From Spartobacteria bacterium (GTDB lineage Bacteria > Verrucomicrobiota > Verrucomicrobiia > Chthoniobacterales > UBA6821): DNA of 59,602 bases. A model generated the notes under the pieces. It did no database searches. It saw nothing but the letters and a program-made list of their open reading frames with translations, and had not been told where the DNA came from. Within the stretch, counting starts at the first letter, position 1. Each line of letters starts with the position of its first letter. Below, piece after piece: positions 8,790-18,041 of the stretch. The translations under genes were made by a program, and so were the position numbers. The stretch spans positions 1 to 59,602 of the forward strand of contig CANIBV010000001.1 of assembly GCA_947466005.1 (NCBI GenBank), given 5' to 3'.

Positions 8790-9566
8790 ATGTTGCACGC
8801 GCTGGGTCACAAGACTCTCGGGATTATATTTGGATTTGGGGACTTCGCGCTCTTTACCGCGAGGTCCTTCGCTGCTGTCGTGAAACCCAAAAGGCTGGGA
8901 CGACGGGTGATACGTGCGGTTTATGAGCAGGGCACAGTCTGCCTTCCCGTGATCCTCATTGTCGGAATGTTTACCGGCCTGGTGCTCGGGTTGCAGGGCT
9001 ATCACATCCTGCAACGCTTTGGGTCAGAAAGCCTGCTGGGTGCCCTCGTTTCTCTGAGCCTGATAAGAGAAATGGCCCCCGTGCTGGCATCTCTGATGTT
9101 GGTCGGACAGGCCGGCTCCGCCCTAGCGGCCGAACTCGGTATCCAGCGGAACACCGAGCAGATCGTAGCCTTGGAAACGATGGGGGTGAACAGCCTCGGG
9201 TACCTGGTATCCCCTCGTCTCTTGGCGGCACTTGTTGTTTTCCCGATCCAGACAGCGCTCTTTGTGGTCATAGGCCTCTGGGGAGGAGCCCTCTCCGGTT
9301 CCCTACTGCTGGGTGTCGATTCAGGCATCTACTGGTCCTCGGTGGAGCAAGCGGTGGAGGCCAGAGATATTAGGGAATGCTTCATCAAGGCTGCCTCCTT
9401 CGGCCTGCTGGCAGTCACCATCTGTGCCTATCAGGGGTTCCATGCCGACCGTTGCAGTTCGGCGACCGGTGCCCGCGCGGTCAGTGCAGCGACAACCAGG
9501 GCAGTGGTCCTTTCCAGCATCATCATCCTGGTGGCGGACTATGTGATCAGCTCGTTTTTCGTTTGA
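8790..9566 (+). CDS. mlaE: phospholipid ABC transporter permease MlaE
   Basis: ORF track 8697..9566 (GTG). I placed the start at ATG 8790 because MLHALGHKTLG... aligns with the E. coli MlaE N-terminus. The conserved REMAPVL...EIGxxxxTEQIxAlexmG region is present. Confidence 0.85.
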   Translation: MLHALGHKTLGIIFGFGDFALFTARSFAAVVKPKRLGRRVIRAVYEQGTVCLPVILIVGMFTGLVLGLQGYHILQRFGSESLLGALVSLSLIREMAPVLASLMLVGQAGSALAAELGIQRNTEQIVALETMGVNSLGYLVSPRLLAALVVFPIQTALFVVIGLWGGALSGSLLLGVDSGIYWSSVEQAVEARDIRECFIKAASFGLLAVTICAYQGFHADRCSSATGARAVSAATTRAVVLSSIIILVADYVISSFFV

Positions 9567-9568
9567 TC

Positions 9569-10369
9569 ATGGAGGCCTCTAAACAAGATCTGGTGCTTCA
9601 AGTTGAGGACCTGCATAAGAGCTTCGATGGAAATGCCGTCCTGAAAGGAGTCGACCTCGGCGTGCCTCGAGGAAGCCTCTTCACAGTGCTTGGCCCCAGC
9701 GGAACGGGAAAGTCTGTCTTCCTGAAGTGCCTGGCGAATGTGCTGCAACCAGATGCGGGGCGGATCAGCTTTGATGGCACGCCCCTGGGCTCCGGAGATA
9801 GCGTAGCCCGGGCGGACTTTCGCAAGCGCTGCAGTTTCCTGTTTCAAAGCAACGCTCTCTTCGATTCATTGAGCGCATTGGAAAACGTGGCCCTCCCGTT
9901 GGAACAGACGACAGATCTCCGAGATAAGGAAATCAGGGAACGGAGTCTTGAGGCGTTGCGTCAGCTAGAATTGGAAACCTATCGCAACCAATACCCTGGT
10001 CAACTCTCCGGCGGCATGCAGAAGCGTCTCGCTCTCGCACGTGCGATCGTCACCCAACCGGAACTTGTGATGTTCGACGAACCCACCGCCGGACTGGATC
10101 CGCTGCGAAGGAATGCGGTGTTCGAAATGATTGCCAAGTATCAACGCCAATTCAGCTTCACTGCCCTCATCGTGACCCACGACGTGACCGAGGCCCTGAT
10201 CGCCAGCGACCGCGTCGCTCTCCTGAACCATGGACGGATCTGCTTCGAGGGGACTCCAGCCGAGTTTTCCTCTTCCAGTCACCCGGTTGTCTCCGATTTC
10301 CGGGACAGCGCGGAGGCCCTCACCGGTTCGCTCGCCTCAATACGCAAGACAGCTGCTTCCAACTCCTGA
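9569..10369 (+). CDS. mlaF: phospholipid ABC transporter ATP-binding protein MlaF
   Basis: ORF track 9377..10369, trimmed to ATG 9569, which lies 2 nt after the mlaE stop. Walker A GPSGTGKS, signature LSGGMQKR and Walker B LVMFDEP are present. Confidence 0.9.
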   Translation: MEASKQDLVLQVEDLHKSFDGNAVLKGVDLGVPRGSLFTVLGPSGTGKSVFLKCLANVLQPDAGRISFDGTPLGSGDSVARADFRKRCSFLFQSNALFDSLSALENVALPLEQTTDLRDKEIRERSLEALRQLELETYRNQYPGQLSGGMQKRLALARAIVTQPELVMFDEPTAGLDPLRRNAVFEMIAKYQRQFSFTALIVTHDVTEALIASDRVALLNHGRICFEGTPAEFSSSSHPVVSDFRDSAEALTGSLASIRKTAASNS

Positions 10370-10390
10370 TTAACTTCCAACTGACACATT

Positions 10391-10882
10391 ATGAAAAACA
10401 CGAAACTTGAGCTGTCCGTCGGCATCTTCGTTCTTCTGGGGATAGCGGCGATCATCTACCTGACTATCAAACTCGGTACGGGATCAATGGTCGGCGGCAA
10501 CACCTATCTGATCGAGGCGCGTTTCAACAATTCCGGCGGCCTGCATTCCGGCAGTAGCGTGCTCCTCTCTGGCGTCACCGTCGGACGAGTGGAAGATGTC
10601 CGCATGGATCCCTCGGATTACAATGCCATCGTCACACTGAAACTCCGCTCAGGACTCAGATTGCCGACAGATTCCATGGCCTCGATCAAAACCACGGGTC
10701 TGATCGGGGATAAATTCGTATCACTTGCTCCGGGAGCAGATGAGACGTACATGACCCCCGGAACACGCATCACCATGACCGAGTCGGCAGTCGACCTGGA
10801 GTCATTGATCGGCAAGATGGCGTTCGGATCCGTTGACAAAGAGAAGAATAACCACGAGAAAGACGGGAAAACCACCCCATGA
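10391..10882 (+). CDS. mlaD: MCE-domain protein MlaD
   Basis: ORF track 163 aa. N-terminal anchor (ELSVGIFVLLGIAAIIYL) followed by an MCE fold pattern. Its operon position is after mlaF. Confidence 0.85.
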   Translation: MKNTKLELSVGIFVLLGIAAIIYLTIKLGTGSMVGGNTYLIEARFNNSGGLHSGSSVLLSGVTVGRVEDVRMDPSDYNAIVTLKLRSGLRLPTDSMASIKTTGLIGDKFVSLAPGADETYMTPGTRITMTESAVDLESLIGKMAFGSVDKEKNNHEKDGKTTP

Positions 10883-11460
10883 AAATACGGCTTGTTTGCC
10901 TAACTCTATTGTTTCCGCTACTCGCAGGGGTCTCGCTCGCCTCAAATGAGGGTGCAGAGAACCGACTGAAGTCCTCCGTTGATCAGGTTGTCACCACTGC
11001 CAAACAGGCAAAGGATCGCGCAGCCCTCATCGCGAAAGTAAAGCCGGTCTTGGAGAACATCCTGGACTTCCAGATCATGACCCGACGGGCCGTCGGACCG
11101 GGGTGGCGGGAATTCAACCCCGCGCAGCAGAAGGAATCAATCGGACTTTTCACCACCCTAATTCTTCGCACCTACACCGCCAAGTTCACGCCAGGCGAGT
11201 ACCCAGACGTCATCTACAAGACCTCCTCCTCCCCGGCACCGGGGCGCGTGGAAATCCCCACCACCGCTGAATACAAAGGGAGCCGCTACGATGTGATCTA
11301 CCGCATGGAGGACAAGGGGGGGTGGTTGATCACCGATGTTGTGATCGAGGGCGTGAGCCTCGTGGCTAACTACCGCTCCCAGTTTGATGCCCAGTTCAAG
11401 CAAGGTGGCGTCGATGCCGTGCTCAACGCACTCCATAGGTCCGTCGACGAGTCCAAATAG
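10879..11460 (+). CDS. mlaC: periplasmic phospholipid-binding protein MlaC (Ttg2D family)
   Basis: ORF track 193 aa. It has a signal peptide, a 4-nt overlap with mlaD, and the MlaC-like DFxxMxRRAVGxxWR motif. Confidence 0.8.
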   Translation: MKIRLVCLTLLFPLLAGVSLASNEGAENRLKSSVDQVVTTAKQAKDRAALIAKVKPVLENILDFQIMTRRAVGPGWREFNPAQQKESIGLFTTLILRTYTAKFTPGEYPDVIYKTSSSPAPGRVEIPTTAEYKGSRYDVIYRMEDKGGWLITDVVIEGVSLVANYRSQFDAQFKQGGVDAVLNALHRSVDESK

Positions 11461-11475
11461 AATATCCACCCCCAG

Positions 11476-11661
11476 ATGTCTTTCCCCCTTGGTTCTGTCT
11501 ATCGATTGGCCACATGGCGCGCCTTGTTGGGACTACTAACCTTACTGGCTTCTTCTGATCAGGTTTCCGCAACCAATGACAATAGCAACGCCCCTTTCGT
11601 GGTGATCGATAACGGAGCGGCAATTCCAATCAAAAGCGCTTCGGACCTACCTAAAAAATAG
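11476..11661 (+). CDS. possible small secreted protein (unverified ORF)
   Basis: ORF track 61 aa, 15 nt after mlaC, with a signal-peptide-like N-terminus. No recognisable motif. Confidence 0.2.
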   Translation: MSFPLGSVYRLATWRALLGLLTLLASSDQVSATNDNSNAPFVVIDNGAAIPIKSASDLPKK

Positions 11662-11899
11662 GCTCTTCGTCAAACGGCTTGGGAAGACAGGGAAGGATGA
11701 TCAGGGGAGAGAGTATTCAAATGGGAGCAACCACTTCCGCCCCTCCCCGTCCCACGGCATTGCCTCAAGATGGGTTGATCCACTTTCTTCACCCTCCACG
11801 GAGTTTCAATGCCGATCGCTCTCGCGTATAATTCAGTACTTTCCATACTCCTCCATTACTCCTTTCTATCCAAATTCATAGGCTAACTGATGAAGGACC

Positions 11900-12628
11900 T
11901 CATTCTTCGGGCTTTCTGGAAATCACAAAACGGAAACATTCATGATAGATTCCTCCATTTTGGCGACGGCAGCAGGAGAGACAGGCAAGCGCCCTGCGTG
12001 GGGCACGAACCCGTTCATGACTCTCACCACACCCGGGGCATCGAAGTAGATAATGCCTCTTCATCCGTCGTCCGACAAAAGGCAACTGATGGGTGCGGCT
12101 TTCTCCCGGTATGCCCAGATCGATACAAGCCTGCATCCACTCCGGACCATGGGGGGCCAGACGGCGTCGACCATGCCGATGCTGGGCCAGAAGATGGGCA
12201 AGCTCGTGGAGCAGGGTTTTCTCCACCTCTTCCTCGGAAATGGCACGCAGCGCCGGATTGAGCCAGACCGCCGAATGGGAAGTGATCGCCACACCCGCGG
12301 TGGTGCGCATACGGAGATTCCAACCCACAACCAGCAGGGGGGCTAGCTTGGGAGCGTGCGAATCGAGGTAGCGCCGAGCCCTTTCCTCCAGGTTGAAGTC
12401 TCGCTTCTGCCATTTCCTACCTCTCGCGCTGATCGTACCAGGTGTTATAGGTGTAAGGGATGTGATGGGTGCCGTCGTTGTCTTGGCAACATCACCCACA
12501 ATCCGCCGGAGTGGCTCACCCTTCTCGGGATCCCCTTCCTCTAACATACCATTGCCTAGCATTCCATCGAAGAGGAGGCGCATCTGGGAGCCCACCTTCT
12601 GGCCCACCTGATGAATGAAAGAACTCAT
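11900..12628 (-). CDS. SprT-like zinc metalloprotease with C-terminal zinc ribbon
   Basis: ORF track 242 aa. HELAH (HExxH) motif followed by CPGC...CLSCC cysteine pairs. It overlaps the upstream desulfurase gene by 4 nt. Confidence 0.72.
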   Translation of the reverse strand: MSSFIHQVGQKVGSQMRLLFDGMLGNGMLEEGDPEKGEPLRRIVGDVAKTTTAPITSLTPITPGTISARGRKWQKRDFNLEERARRYLDSHAPKLAPLLVVGWNLRMRTTAGVAITSHSAVWLNPALRAISEEEVEKTLLHELAHLLAQHRHGRRRLAPHGPEWMQACIDLGIPGESRTHQLPFVGRRMKRHYLLRCPGCGESHERVRAPRRALACLSCCRRQNGGIYHECFRFVISRKPEE

Positions 12629-13773
12629 GAACGGTGCTGCCTTGAAAGAACCCTAGTCAAAGCTTCCAGCGCAGCATCGATGTCTGCCTCGCTCGTATGC
12701 CGGCCAAGTGAGAATCTGACCGTGGCCCGTGCCCGCTCCTCCGGAACACCCATTGCTAGAAGCACGTGGGACGCCTGGATCGATCCGACCATGCAGGCAG
12801 ATCCACTCGAAGCGGAGACTCCCTCCAGATCCAGCCCCATGAGAAGCGTCTCTCCGTCACACCCGGGAAAGCTGACGTTGAGCGTATTAGCCAACACGGG
12901 AGCTCCCGAGGCATTCCTGATAGCAGAGGGATCGGTGGAGGTGATCCCGTGCCACAGGCGCTCCCTCAGTGCCTCTTGACGCGGAGCCTCGCTCCCCCGC
13001 TCGACTTCAGCCATAGCAACACGCGCCGCAACAGCCATGCCTGCAATGGCTGCCACATTCTCGGTTCCGGGCCTGCGTTCGTTTTCATGGAATCCGCCGT
13101 GCTGGATGGAGTCGATGGAGACACCTGACCGCAACCAGAGAAACCCTGCCCCGTGCGGCCCATAAAATTTATGCGAGGCCGCTGAGAGCGCATCGACGCC
13201 CAACTGATGAGGCAAGCACTCCATCTTGCCGAAGGCCTGGACGGCATCGGTGTGGAAGAGAACTCCCCTCTCCCGTGCGATCGCAGCCAGCTGCTCCACG
13301 GACTGGATCACTCCCGTCTCGTTATTGGCTATCATCACAGAGGCAAGGATGGTTCCCGGGCGCAGCGCTGCTGCAAAGACTTCGGGCTCGACGAGCCCTC
13401 TCTCATTCACCGGGATCTCCGTGAGTTCAAATCCCTCCTTCTCCTTAAGGGCGCGCATGGCATGGAGGACGGCGTGATGCTCCGAGGCGGTGGTGATCAG
13501 ATGATTCTTCTCCGCAGTTCGGTGACGACGCGAGAGACCAAGGAGCGCGAGATTGCAGCTCTCCGTCCCCCCGGAAGTGAAGATGAGTTCGTGGGATTTG
13601 GCACCCAGAATGGCAGCAATGCTGTCACGGGCATCATCGACAGCAGCACGGGCGCGTCTCCCGTGGGCATGGATGCCGGACGGATTCCCAAGAAGATCGC
13701 CCAGAAGGGGGAGCATGGCCTCCCTGGCTTCACCGCAGAGCGGAGTGGTCGCGTTGTGATCGAGATAGATCAT
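12625..13773 (-). CDS. cysteine desulfurase (NifS/IscS family, class V aminotransferase)
   Basis: ORF track 382 aa. MIYLDHNATTP start, SASHKFYGPHG PLP-lysine motif and SSGSAC active-site loop. Confidence 0.9.
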   Translation of the reverse strand: MIYLDHNATTPLCGEAREAMLPLLGDLLGNPSGIHAHGRRARAAVDDARDSIAAILGAKSHELIFTSGGTESCNLALLGLSRRHRTAEKNHLITTASEHHAVLHAMRALKEKEGFELTEIPVNERGLVEPEVFAAALRPGTILASVMIANNETGVIQSVEQLAAIARERGVLFHTDAVQAFGKMECLPHQLGVDALSAASHKFYGPHGAGFLWLRSGVSIDSIQHGGFHENERRPGTENVAAIAGMAVAARVAMAEVERGSEAPRQEALRERLWHGITSTDPSAIRNASGAPVLANTLNVSFPGCDGETLLMGLDLEGVSASSGSACMVGSIQASHVLLAMGVPEERARATVRFSLGRHTSEADIDAALEALTRVLSRQHRS

Positions 13774-13792
13774 GCTTCGGCTTCAGTCATGC

Positions 13793-14680
13793 TCAGACAC
13801 CCGCCTTGGAGGCTTCACCGGACTTTTTGGAAAGGATCCTCATGACCCCCTCCTCGAGATAGACAAGCGAGCGGGCGGGCACACCATGCATCAGGAAGAC
13901 ATTGGCCCCGATGGTGGATCCCTCGCCGATCACTGTCTCCCCTCCCAGAATCGTCGCGTACGGGTAGATAGTGACATGATCACCGACATCGGGATGACGC
14001 TTCCCGCCCTTGATGATCGTGCCCTCGTCATCCTTCTGAAAGCTGCGGGCTCCAAGGGTCACACCCTGATAGAGCTTCACGTGATGGCCGATCCGGCATG
14101 ACTCCCCGATGACCACGCCGGTTCCATGATCGATAAAGAAATGGGTGCCGATCGAGGCCCCGGGATGGATGTCGATTCCGGTACGCTCGTGAGCCCACTC
14201 CGTCATCATGCGGGGGAGCAACTGAACACCGGCCTCGTAAAGGGAATATGCCAGTCTCTGGATCGTGACAGCATCGACGCAGGGGTAGGAAAGGAGGATC
14301 TCCCCAATGCTCCGTGCGGCAGGATCTCCCTCGAAGGCGGACTCGAGGTCGGTCGCGATGACCTTTCGTATCCCGGGCAATCCGTCGAAGAACTCCTTAG
14401 TCAGCGCCGCGGCCGAGCTTCCGGGTGAACCGCTGACAGCGAGACTCCGTGAAATCTGGCACTCCAGGGAATTGGCCGCCTCGGCACAACGCCGGCGGGA
14501 TTCATCCTCATTGATCAGGCATCCGCTCAGGCGACCGGGAAAGATGATGCGCAGCAGTTCACGGCAGAGCTCTCCTACCTCGCTCTTCGAAGGCAGCCTC
14601 GGCGCGGCGGCATCGTTGCAGAATGGCACATCGACATAGGAAAGCAGGAGATCTGTAATGGTCGAATCGGAAAGTTGCAT
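13793..14680 (-). CDS. cysE: serine O-acetyltransferase
   Basis: ORF track 295 aa. FEGDPAA, IHPGASIGTHFFIDHGTGVVIGE and the following hexapeptide repeats are present. Confidence 0.88.
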   Translation of the reverse strand: MQLSDSTITDLLLSYVDVPFCNDAAAPRLPSKSEVGELCRELLRIIFPGRLSGCLINEDESRRRCAEAANSLECQISRSLAVSGSPGSSAAALTKEFFDGLPGIRKVIATDLESAFEGDPAARSIGEILLSYPCVDAVTIQRLAYSLYEAGVQLLPRMMTEWAHERTGIDIHPGASIGTHFFIDHGTGVVIGESCRIGHHVKLYQGVTLGARSFQKDDEGTIIKGGKRHPDVGDHVTIYPYATILGGETVIGEGSTIGANVFLMHGVPARSLVYLEEGVMRILSKKSGEASKAGV

Positions 14681-14805
14681 AGTAATTTAGTTATTATTTC
14701 CGAGCGGGCGACTCCATGTCGAGATCAGGGTGGAAATGGAGAATGCAGTGCCCCCGTTGCTCTCCTTGCCATTCGCTTGATGCTGCAGCACGATCAGCAG
14801 CCAGC

Positions 14806-15225
14806 ATGACAGCCAATTCCATCCTACCCGATCTCCAGGCAGCAATCCTCTGTGAGGATGTCAGGGCAGAGATCAGCGGGCAGCAAACCCTCATCGGGGT
14901 GATCGGCGCGATCCCCACCCCCACCCTGCCCATTGGCTTCTTCAAGCTCTGCCTCTGGACACGATGGTGCGGCGGCAGCGGAGACTTCGTCCAGAAGTGC
15001 CTCATCTATGATCCCGAAGAGGATCAGGCCATTGCCCAGGCGGAAGTCCCGTTCACCCTCACGGATCTCAGCGCACACGCCACCAATGTCCACTTCTTCG
15101 GCGGCGTTCAGTTCCAAAAGTACGGCACCTATCATGTGGAGATCCTGATCGATGATGAGATCCGCCTTAGGATCCCACTCCCGGTGGTCGAGGTTGAACC
15201 TCCTGAGAATTCGGGAATCCGCTAG
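14806..15225 (+). CDS. small conserved hypothetical protein (all-beta by composition)
   Basis: ORF track 14716..15225, trimmed to ATG 14806. The Cys/Arg-rich upstream extension looks non-coding. No motif that I can name with certainty. Confidence 0.4.
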   Translation: MTANSILPDLQAAILCEDVRAEISGQQTLIGVIGAIPTPTLPIGFFKLCLWTRWCGGSGDFVQKCLIYDPEEDQAIAQAEVPFTLTDLSAHATNVHFFGGVQFQKYGTYHVEILIDDEIRLRIPLPVVEVEPPENSGIR

Positions 15226-15261
15226 AATACTCCGGATAAGCGGGCCTGGGGAAACGCTCCC

Positions 15262-16047
15262 CTAGAAATCCAAGACCTCCCCGTCCTCGGGGATCATCAC
15301 GTCGCCGACATGGGGAAGAAGTTCCTCCATGAGCTCCTGAAGCTGGGATCGGTCATCGGCATACTCCCCGGAGAGGTGGACGAGGCAGAGGGCGTGAAGA
15401 TCCGCGCCCTCGAGAACCGCCGCGAGCTCCTTGGCTTCGAAGTGGGACAACTCACTCACCAGCACATTGACCGGAAGCGTTAACAGCGGCGAGAGGTCGG
15501 AGGCCGCGGAGAGGTCTCCGCTGAAGATCGCCCGGAATTCCCCCGAGGTGATCACCAGGGAGTAAGCATGGCAGTGACGCGAGGCGTCAGCCCCGGGAAG
15601 GGTGCGATAGCAGGAGATTAGATGGTTATTGGAATGGGGCGTAACAGAAATCCCCTCCCCAAGGTCGACTGCCTCATGATCCTTCCAGCTTTGCCAATCG
15701 AGAGGGAATCCGAGGCCCTCTTCGGTCAGGTAGAGGGCGTGGATCCATGCCCGGACCGGACTAATCATTTCCTCCGGAAGATAGACAGTCAGCGCCTTGC
15801 TTCGCCCGAGCAGCATCGCTCCCTGGAGCAGTGCGGGAAGCCCCCCGATGTGATCGACATGACCATGAGTGATCAGTACCGCGTCAATGCTCTGGATCAA
15901 GTTTCCCCGATCACGCAGCAAGTGAACGCAAGGCTCCCCGGCCTCGATGAGGAGATGCTTCCCATCAACCAAGAGCAACATGCTCGTGAAGTACCTGTCA
16001 GCAGAGGGAATGCCGGAACCAGTTCCTAGAAAGCTTATCGAAGGCAT
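15262..16047 (-). CDS. MBL-fold metallo-hydrolase (RNase Z-like)
   Basis: ORF track 261 aa. ITHGHVDHIGG (HxHxDH) motif near the N-terminus. Confidence 0.8.
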   Translation of the reverse strand: MPSISFLGTGSGIPSADRYFTSMLLLVDGKHLLIEAGEPCVHLLRDRGNLIQSIDAVLITHGHVDHIGGLPALLQGAMLLGRSKALTVYLPEEMISPVRAWIHALYLTEEGLGFPLDWQSWKDHEAVDLGEGISVTPHSNNHLISCYRTLPGADASRHCHAYSLVITSGEFRAIFSGDLSAASDLSPLLTLPVNVLVSELSHFEAKELAAVLEGADLHALCLVHLSGEYADDRSQLQELMEELLPHVGDVMIPEDGEVLDF

Positions 16048-16144
16048 GAAGAACTAGGGCAGCCGAACAACTGGAAAAGCGAGAGAAAAAACAGCAGTAA
16101 CTCTCGGAATGAAATCACCCCTGAGAAAAAACATCTTTTCCTCT

Positions 16145-16173
16145 TTGACAGGAGGGCCATCTCCTCCTAATCT
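16145..16173 (+). promoter_or_regulatory. candidate sigma70-type promoter of rplM-rpsI
   Basis: TTGACA (16145-16150), a 17-nt spacer, then TAATCT (16168-16173), ending 24 nt before the rplM ATG. Confidence 0.35.
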
Positions 16174-16196
16174 CTTCCACCTTTCCCGAATTCCGT

Positions 16197-16622
16197 ATGA
16201 AGACTTTTTCCGCTAAAGCTCCCGAGGTCAAACGCCAGTGGTGGGTGATCGATGCCAAAAACCAATACCTCGGCCATGTTGCCGTTCAGGCAGCCAATCT
16301 GCTCCGAGGCAAGCATAAGGCGATTTTCACACCACATGTGGACACCGGCGACTTCGTCGTGGTGATCAACGCCGGTGACATCCAGATCGGCGGCAAGAAG
16401 GAGACCCAGAAAACCTACATGAGCTTTTCCGGATTCGTCGGAGGGCACAAGTCCGAGACCTTCCGCCAGCGCCGTCAGCGTCGTCCCGAACTCCTCATCG
16501 AGCGCGCCGTCAAAGGAATGATCCCTCACAACCGTCTTGGCAGCACGATCTACAGAAAGCTCAAGGTCTATTCCGGCGCTGAGCATCCTCACGCTGCTCA
16601 GAACCCACAGCCAGCCAAGTAA
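16197..16622 (+). CDS. rplM: 50S ribosomal protein L13
   Basis: ORF track 141 aa. WWVIDAKNQYLGHVA...LRGKHK is the canonical L13 N-terminus. Confidence 0.97.
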   Translation: MKTFSAKAPEVKRQWWVIDAKNQYLGHVAVQAANLLRGKHKAIFTPHVDTGDFVVVINAGDIQIGGKKETQKTYMSFSGFVGGHKSETFRQRRQRRPELLIERAVKGMIPHNRLGSTIYRKLKVYSGAEHPHAAQNPQPAK

Positions 16623-16666
16623 CAGGCCTAGGTAAAGGAACTTTTAGAATTTTTAAATAACACTTC

Positions 16667-17059
16667 ATGGCTACAGCAACAACCGCCACCACGGGACGCC
16701 GCAAAACGGCAGTCGCCCGCATCAAGATCGTCACAGGCACCGGAAAGATCCGCGTCAACGGCAGAAACTTCGAGGAATACTTCACTACTGTCTCGATGCA
16801 GAACACCGTCTTGAAGCCTTTCGATGCAGTCAAAGCAGTCAATGCCTACGATGTCGACGCAAAGACCTCTGGCGGTGGTCTTCAGGGACAGGCCGGGGCA
16901 CTGAGCCTTGCCATCGCCCGCGCACTCAACGAATTCAACGAGGCTGACCGTCCCCTTCTCAAGGCTGACGGACTTCTGACCCGTGACCCACGCAGGCGCG
17001 AGCGCAAGAAGCCAGGTCGTCCTGGAGCCCGCAAGCGCTTCCAGTTCTCCAAGCGTTAA
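16667..17059 (+). CDS. rpsI: 30S ribosomal protein S9
   Basis: ORF track 130 aa. GRRKTAVARI start and the RDPRRRERKKPGRPGARKRFQFSKR tail are canonical S9. Confidence 0.97.
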   Translation: MATATTATTGRRKTAVARIKIVTGTGKIRVNGRNFEEYFTTVSMQNTVLKPFDAVKAVNAYDVDAKTSGGGLQGQAGALSLAIARALNEFNEADRPLLKADGLLTRDPRRRERKKPGRPGARKRFQFSKR

Positions 17060-17101
17060 TTTCCTTTATTCACGGCAGCATCTGCCCGTGTCTCTCTCAG
17101 C

Positions 17102-17137
17102 AAAGAGCTTCCTTACCGGGAAGCTCTTTTGCTTTTT
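17102..17137 (+). terminator. rho-independent terminator after rpsI
   Basis: The 11-bp stem AAAGAGCTTCC (17102-17112) pairs with GGAAGCTCTTT (17119-17129) and is followed by TGCTTTTT. Confidence 0.8.
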
Positions 17138-17217
17138 AGGTGCATCGGCAACACCCCCCATGAGATCCCCTTTGTAATCATACCGTCCTACCGCTACCCA
17201 TATCCAGAGCCTGATAC

Positions 17218-17970
17218 ATGCCCACGCCACACACTCATCAATCCTCCCTCACCCATCGATCAGGAGGATTCGGGCTCATGGCAGCAGCCTGGCGAGCAGC
17301 CCTGACAGCCCTGAAGGCCAATCTGATTCCCGGCCTGCTTCTTCAGGCGCTCATGGCAGGCATGGCACTTGCCTACCTTTTTCATCAACCTTCCCGGGCT
17401 GCCTTTGAGGATCTTGCCATTCTACGTTCTCGATGGGGGCTCCTCTTCTCCTTCATCGGAACATCGCTCGCCTCCTCGATCTTTCCTGAAGTCTTGCGGC
17501 TTCTGCCCCCCAAGACGTATCAAAAGAGCCCTCAGGGGATTGCGGCGCGTCTCCTATTCGGCATCCCGTTCTGGGGACTCATCGGCATGCAGGTCGATCT
17601 CTTCTACCGCCTCCAGTACTTCCTCTTTGGCCCTTCCGACACCCTGCCGGTCATTGCAAAGAAAGTCTTGGTGGATGCTTTTATTTACTGCCCCCTGCTG
17701 GCGATTCCGCAAGCAGTCTGCGTCTTTCTCTGGAGGGATCACGGCTTCAACTTCCTAGGATTCCATGGACATCATCCCTTCCACTTCTATGCACTGAGAA
17801 TTTTCCCTGTGCTAATGGCCAATTGGATGGTTTGGATTCCCTTGATCACCATCATCTATTCGTTACCCCCTGCGCTTGAGATTCCGTTTTTCATCGTGGC
17901 CCAGTCATTCTGGGTCATGGTCTTCACGACACTCTCCATGAGAAAAAGGCACCCGCGCAATACCGACTAG
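17218..17970 (+). CDS. multi-pass membrane protein, possibly Mpv17/PMP22-like
   Basis: ORF track 250 aa with several hydrophobic segments. The C-terminal NWMVWIPLITIIYSLPPALEIPFF...FWVMVF resembles the Mpv17/PMP22 signature. The start is uncertain. Confidence 0.45.
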   Translation: MPTPHTHQSSLTHRSGGFGLMAAAWRAALTALKANLIPGLLLQALMAGMALAYLFHQPSRAAFEDLAILRSRWGLLFSFIGTSLASSIFPEVLRLLPPKTYQKSPQGIAARLLFGIPFWGLIGMQVDLFYRLQYFLFGPSDTLPVIAKKVLVDAFIYCPLLAIPQAVCVFLWRDHGFNFLGFHGHHPFHFYALRIFPVLMANWMVWIPLITIIYSLPPALEIPFFIVAQSFWVMVFTTLSMRKRHPRNTD

Positions 17971-18041
17971 CCCCTCTCCCTCTCCTGATTAGTATTAACT
18001 CCTCTCCCGTTTTAACAATCTACCATCACATCACCCTTCCC

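Noticed and set aside
9377-9568. Upstream extension of the mlaF ORF, overlapping the mlaE 3' end.
   Set aside because: The extension is an out-of-frame read-through of mlaE coding sequence. ATG 9569 gives the normal ABC ATPase N-terminus, 2 nt after the mlaE stop.
13207-13845. 212-aa plus-strand ORF opposite the cysteine desulfurase gene.
   Set aside because: The minus strand encodes a complete NifS/IscS-type enzyme. The plus ORF is an antisense shadow.
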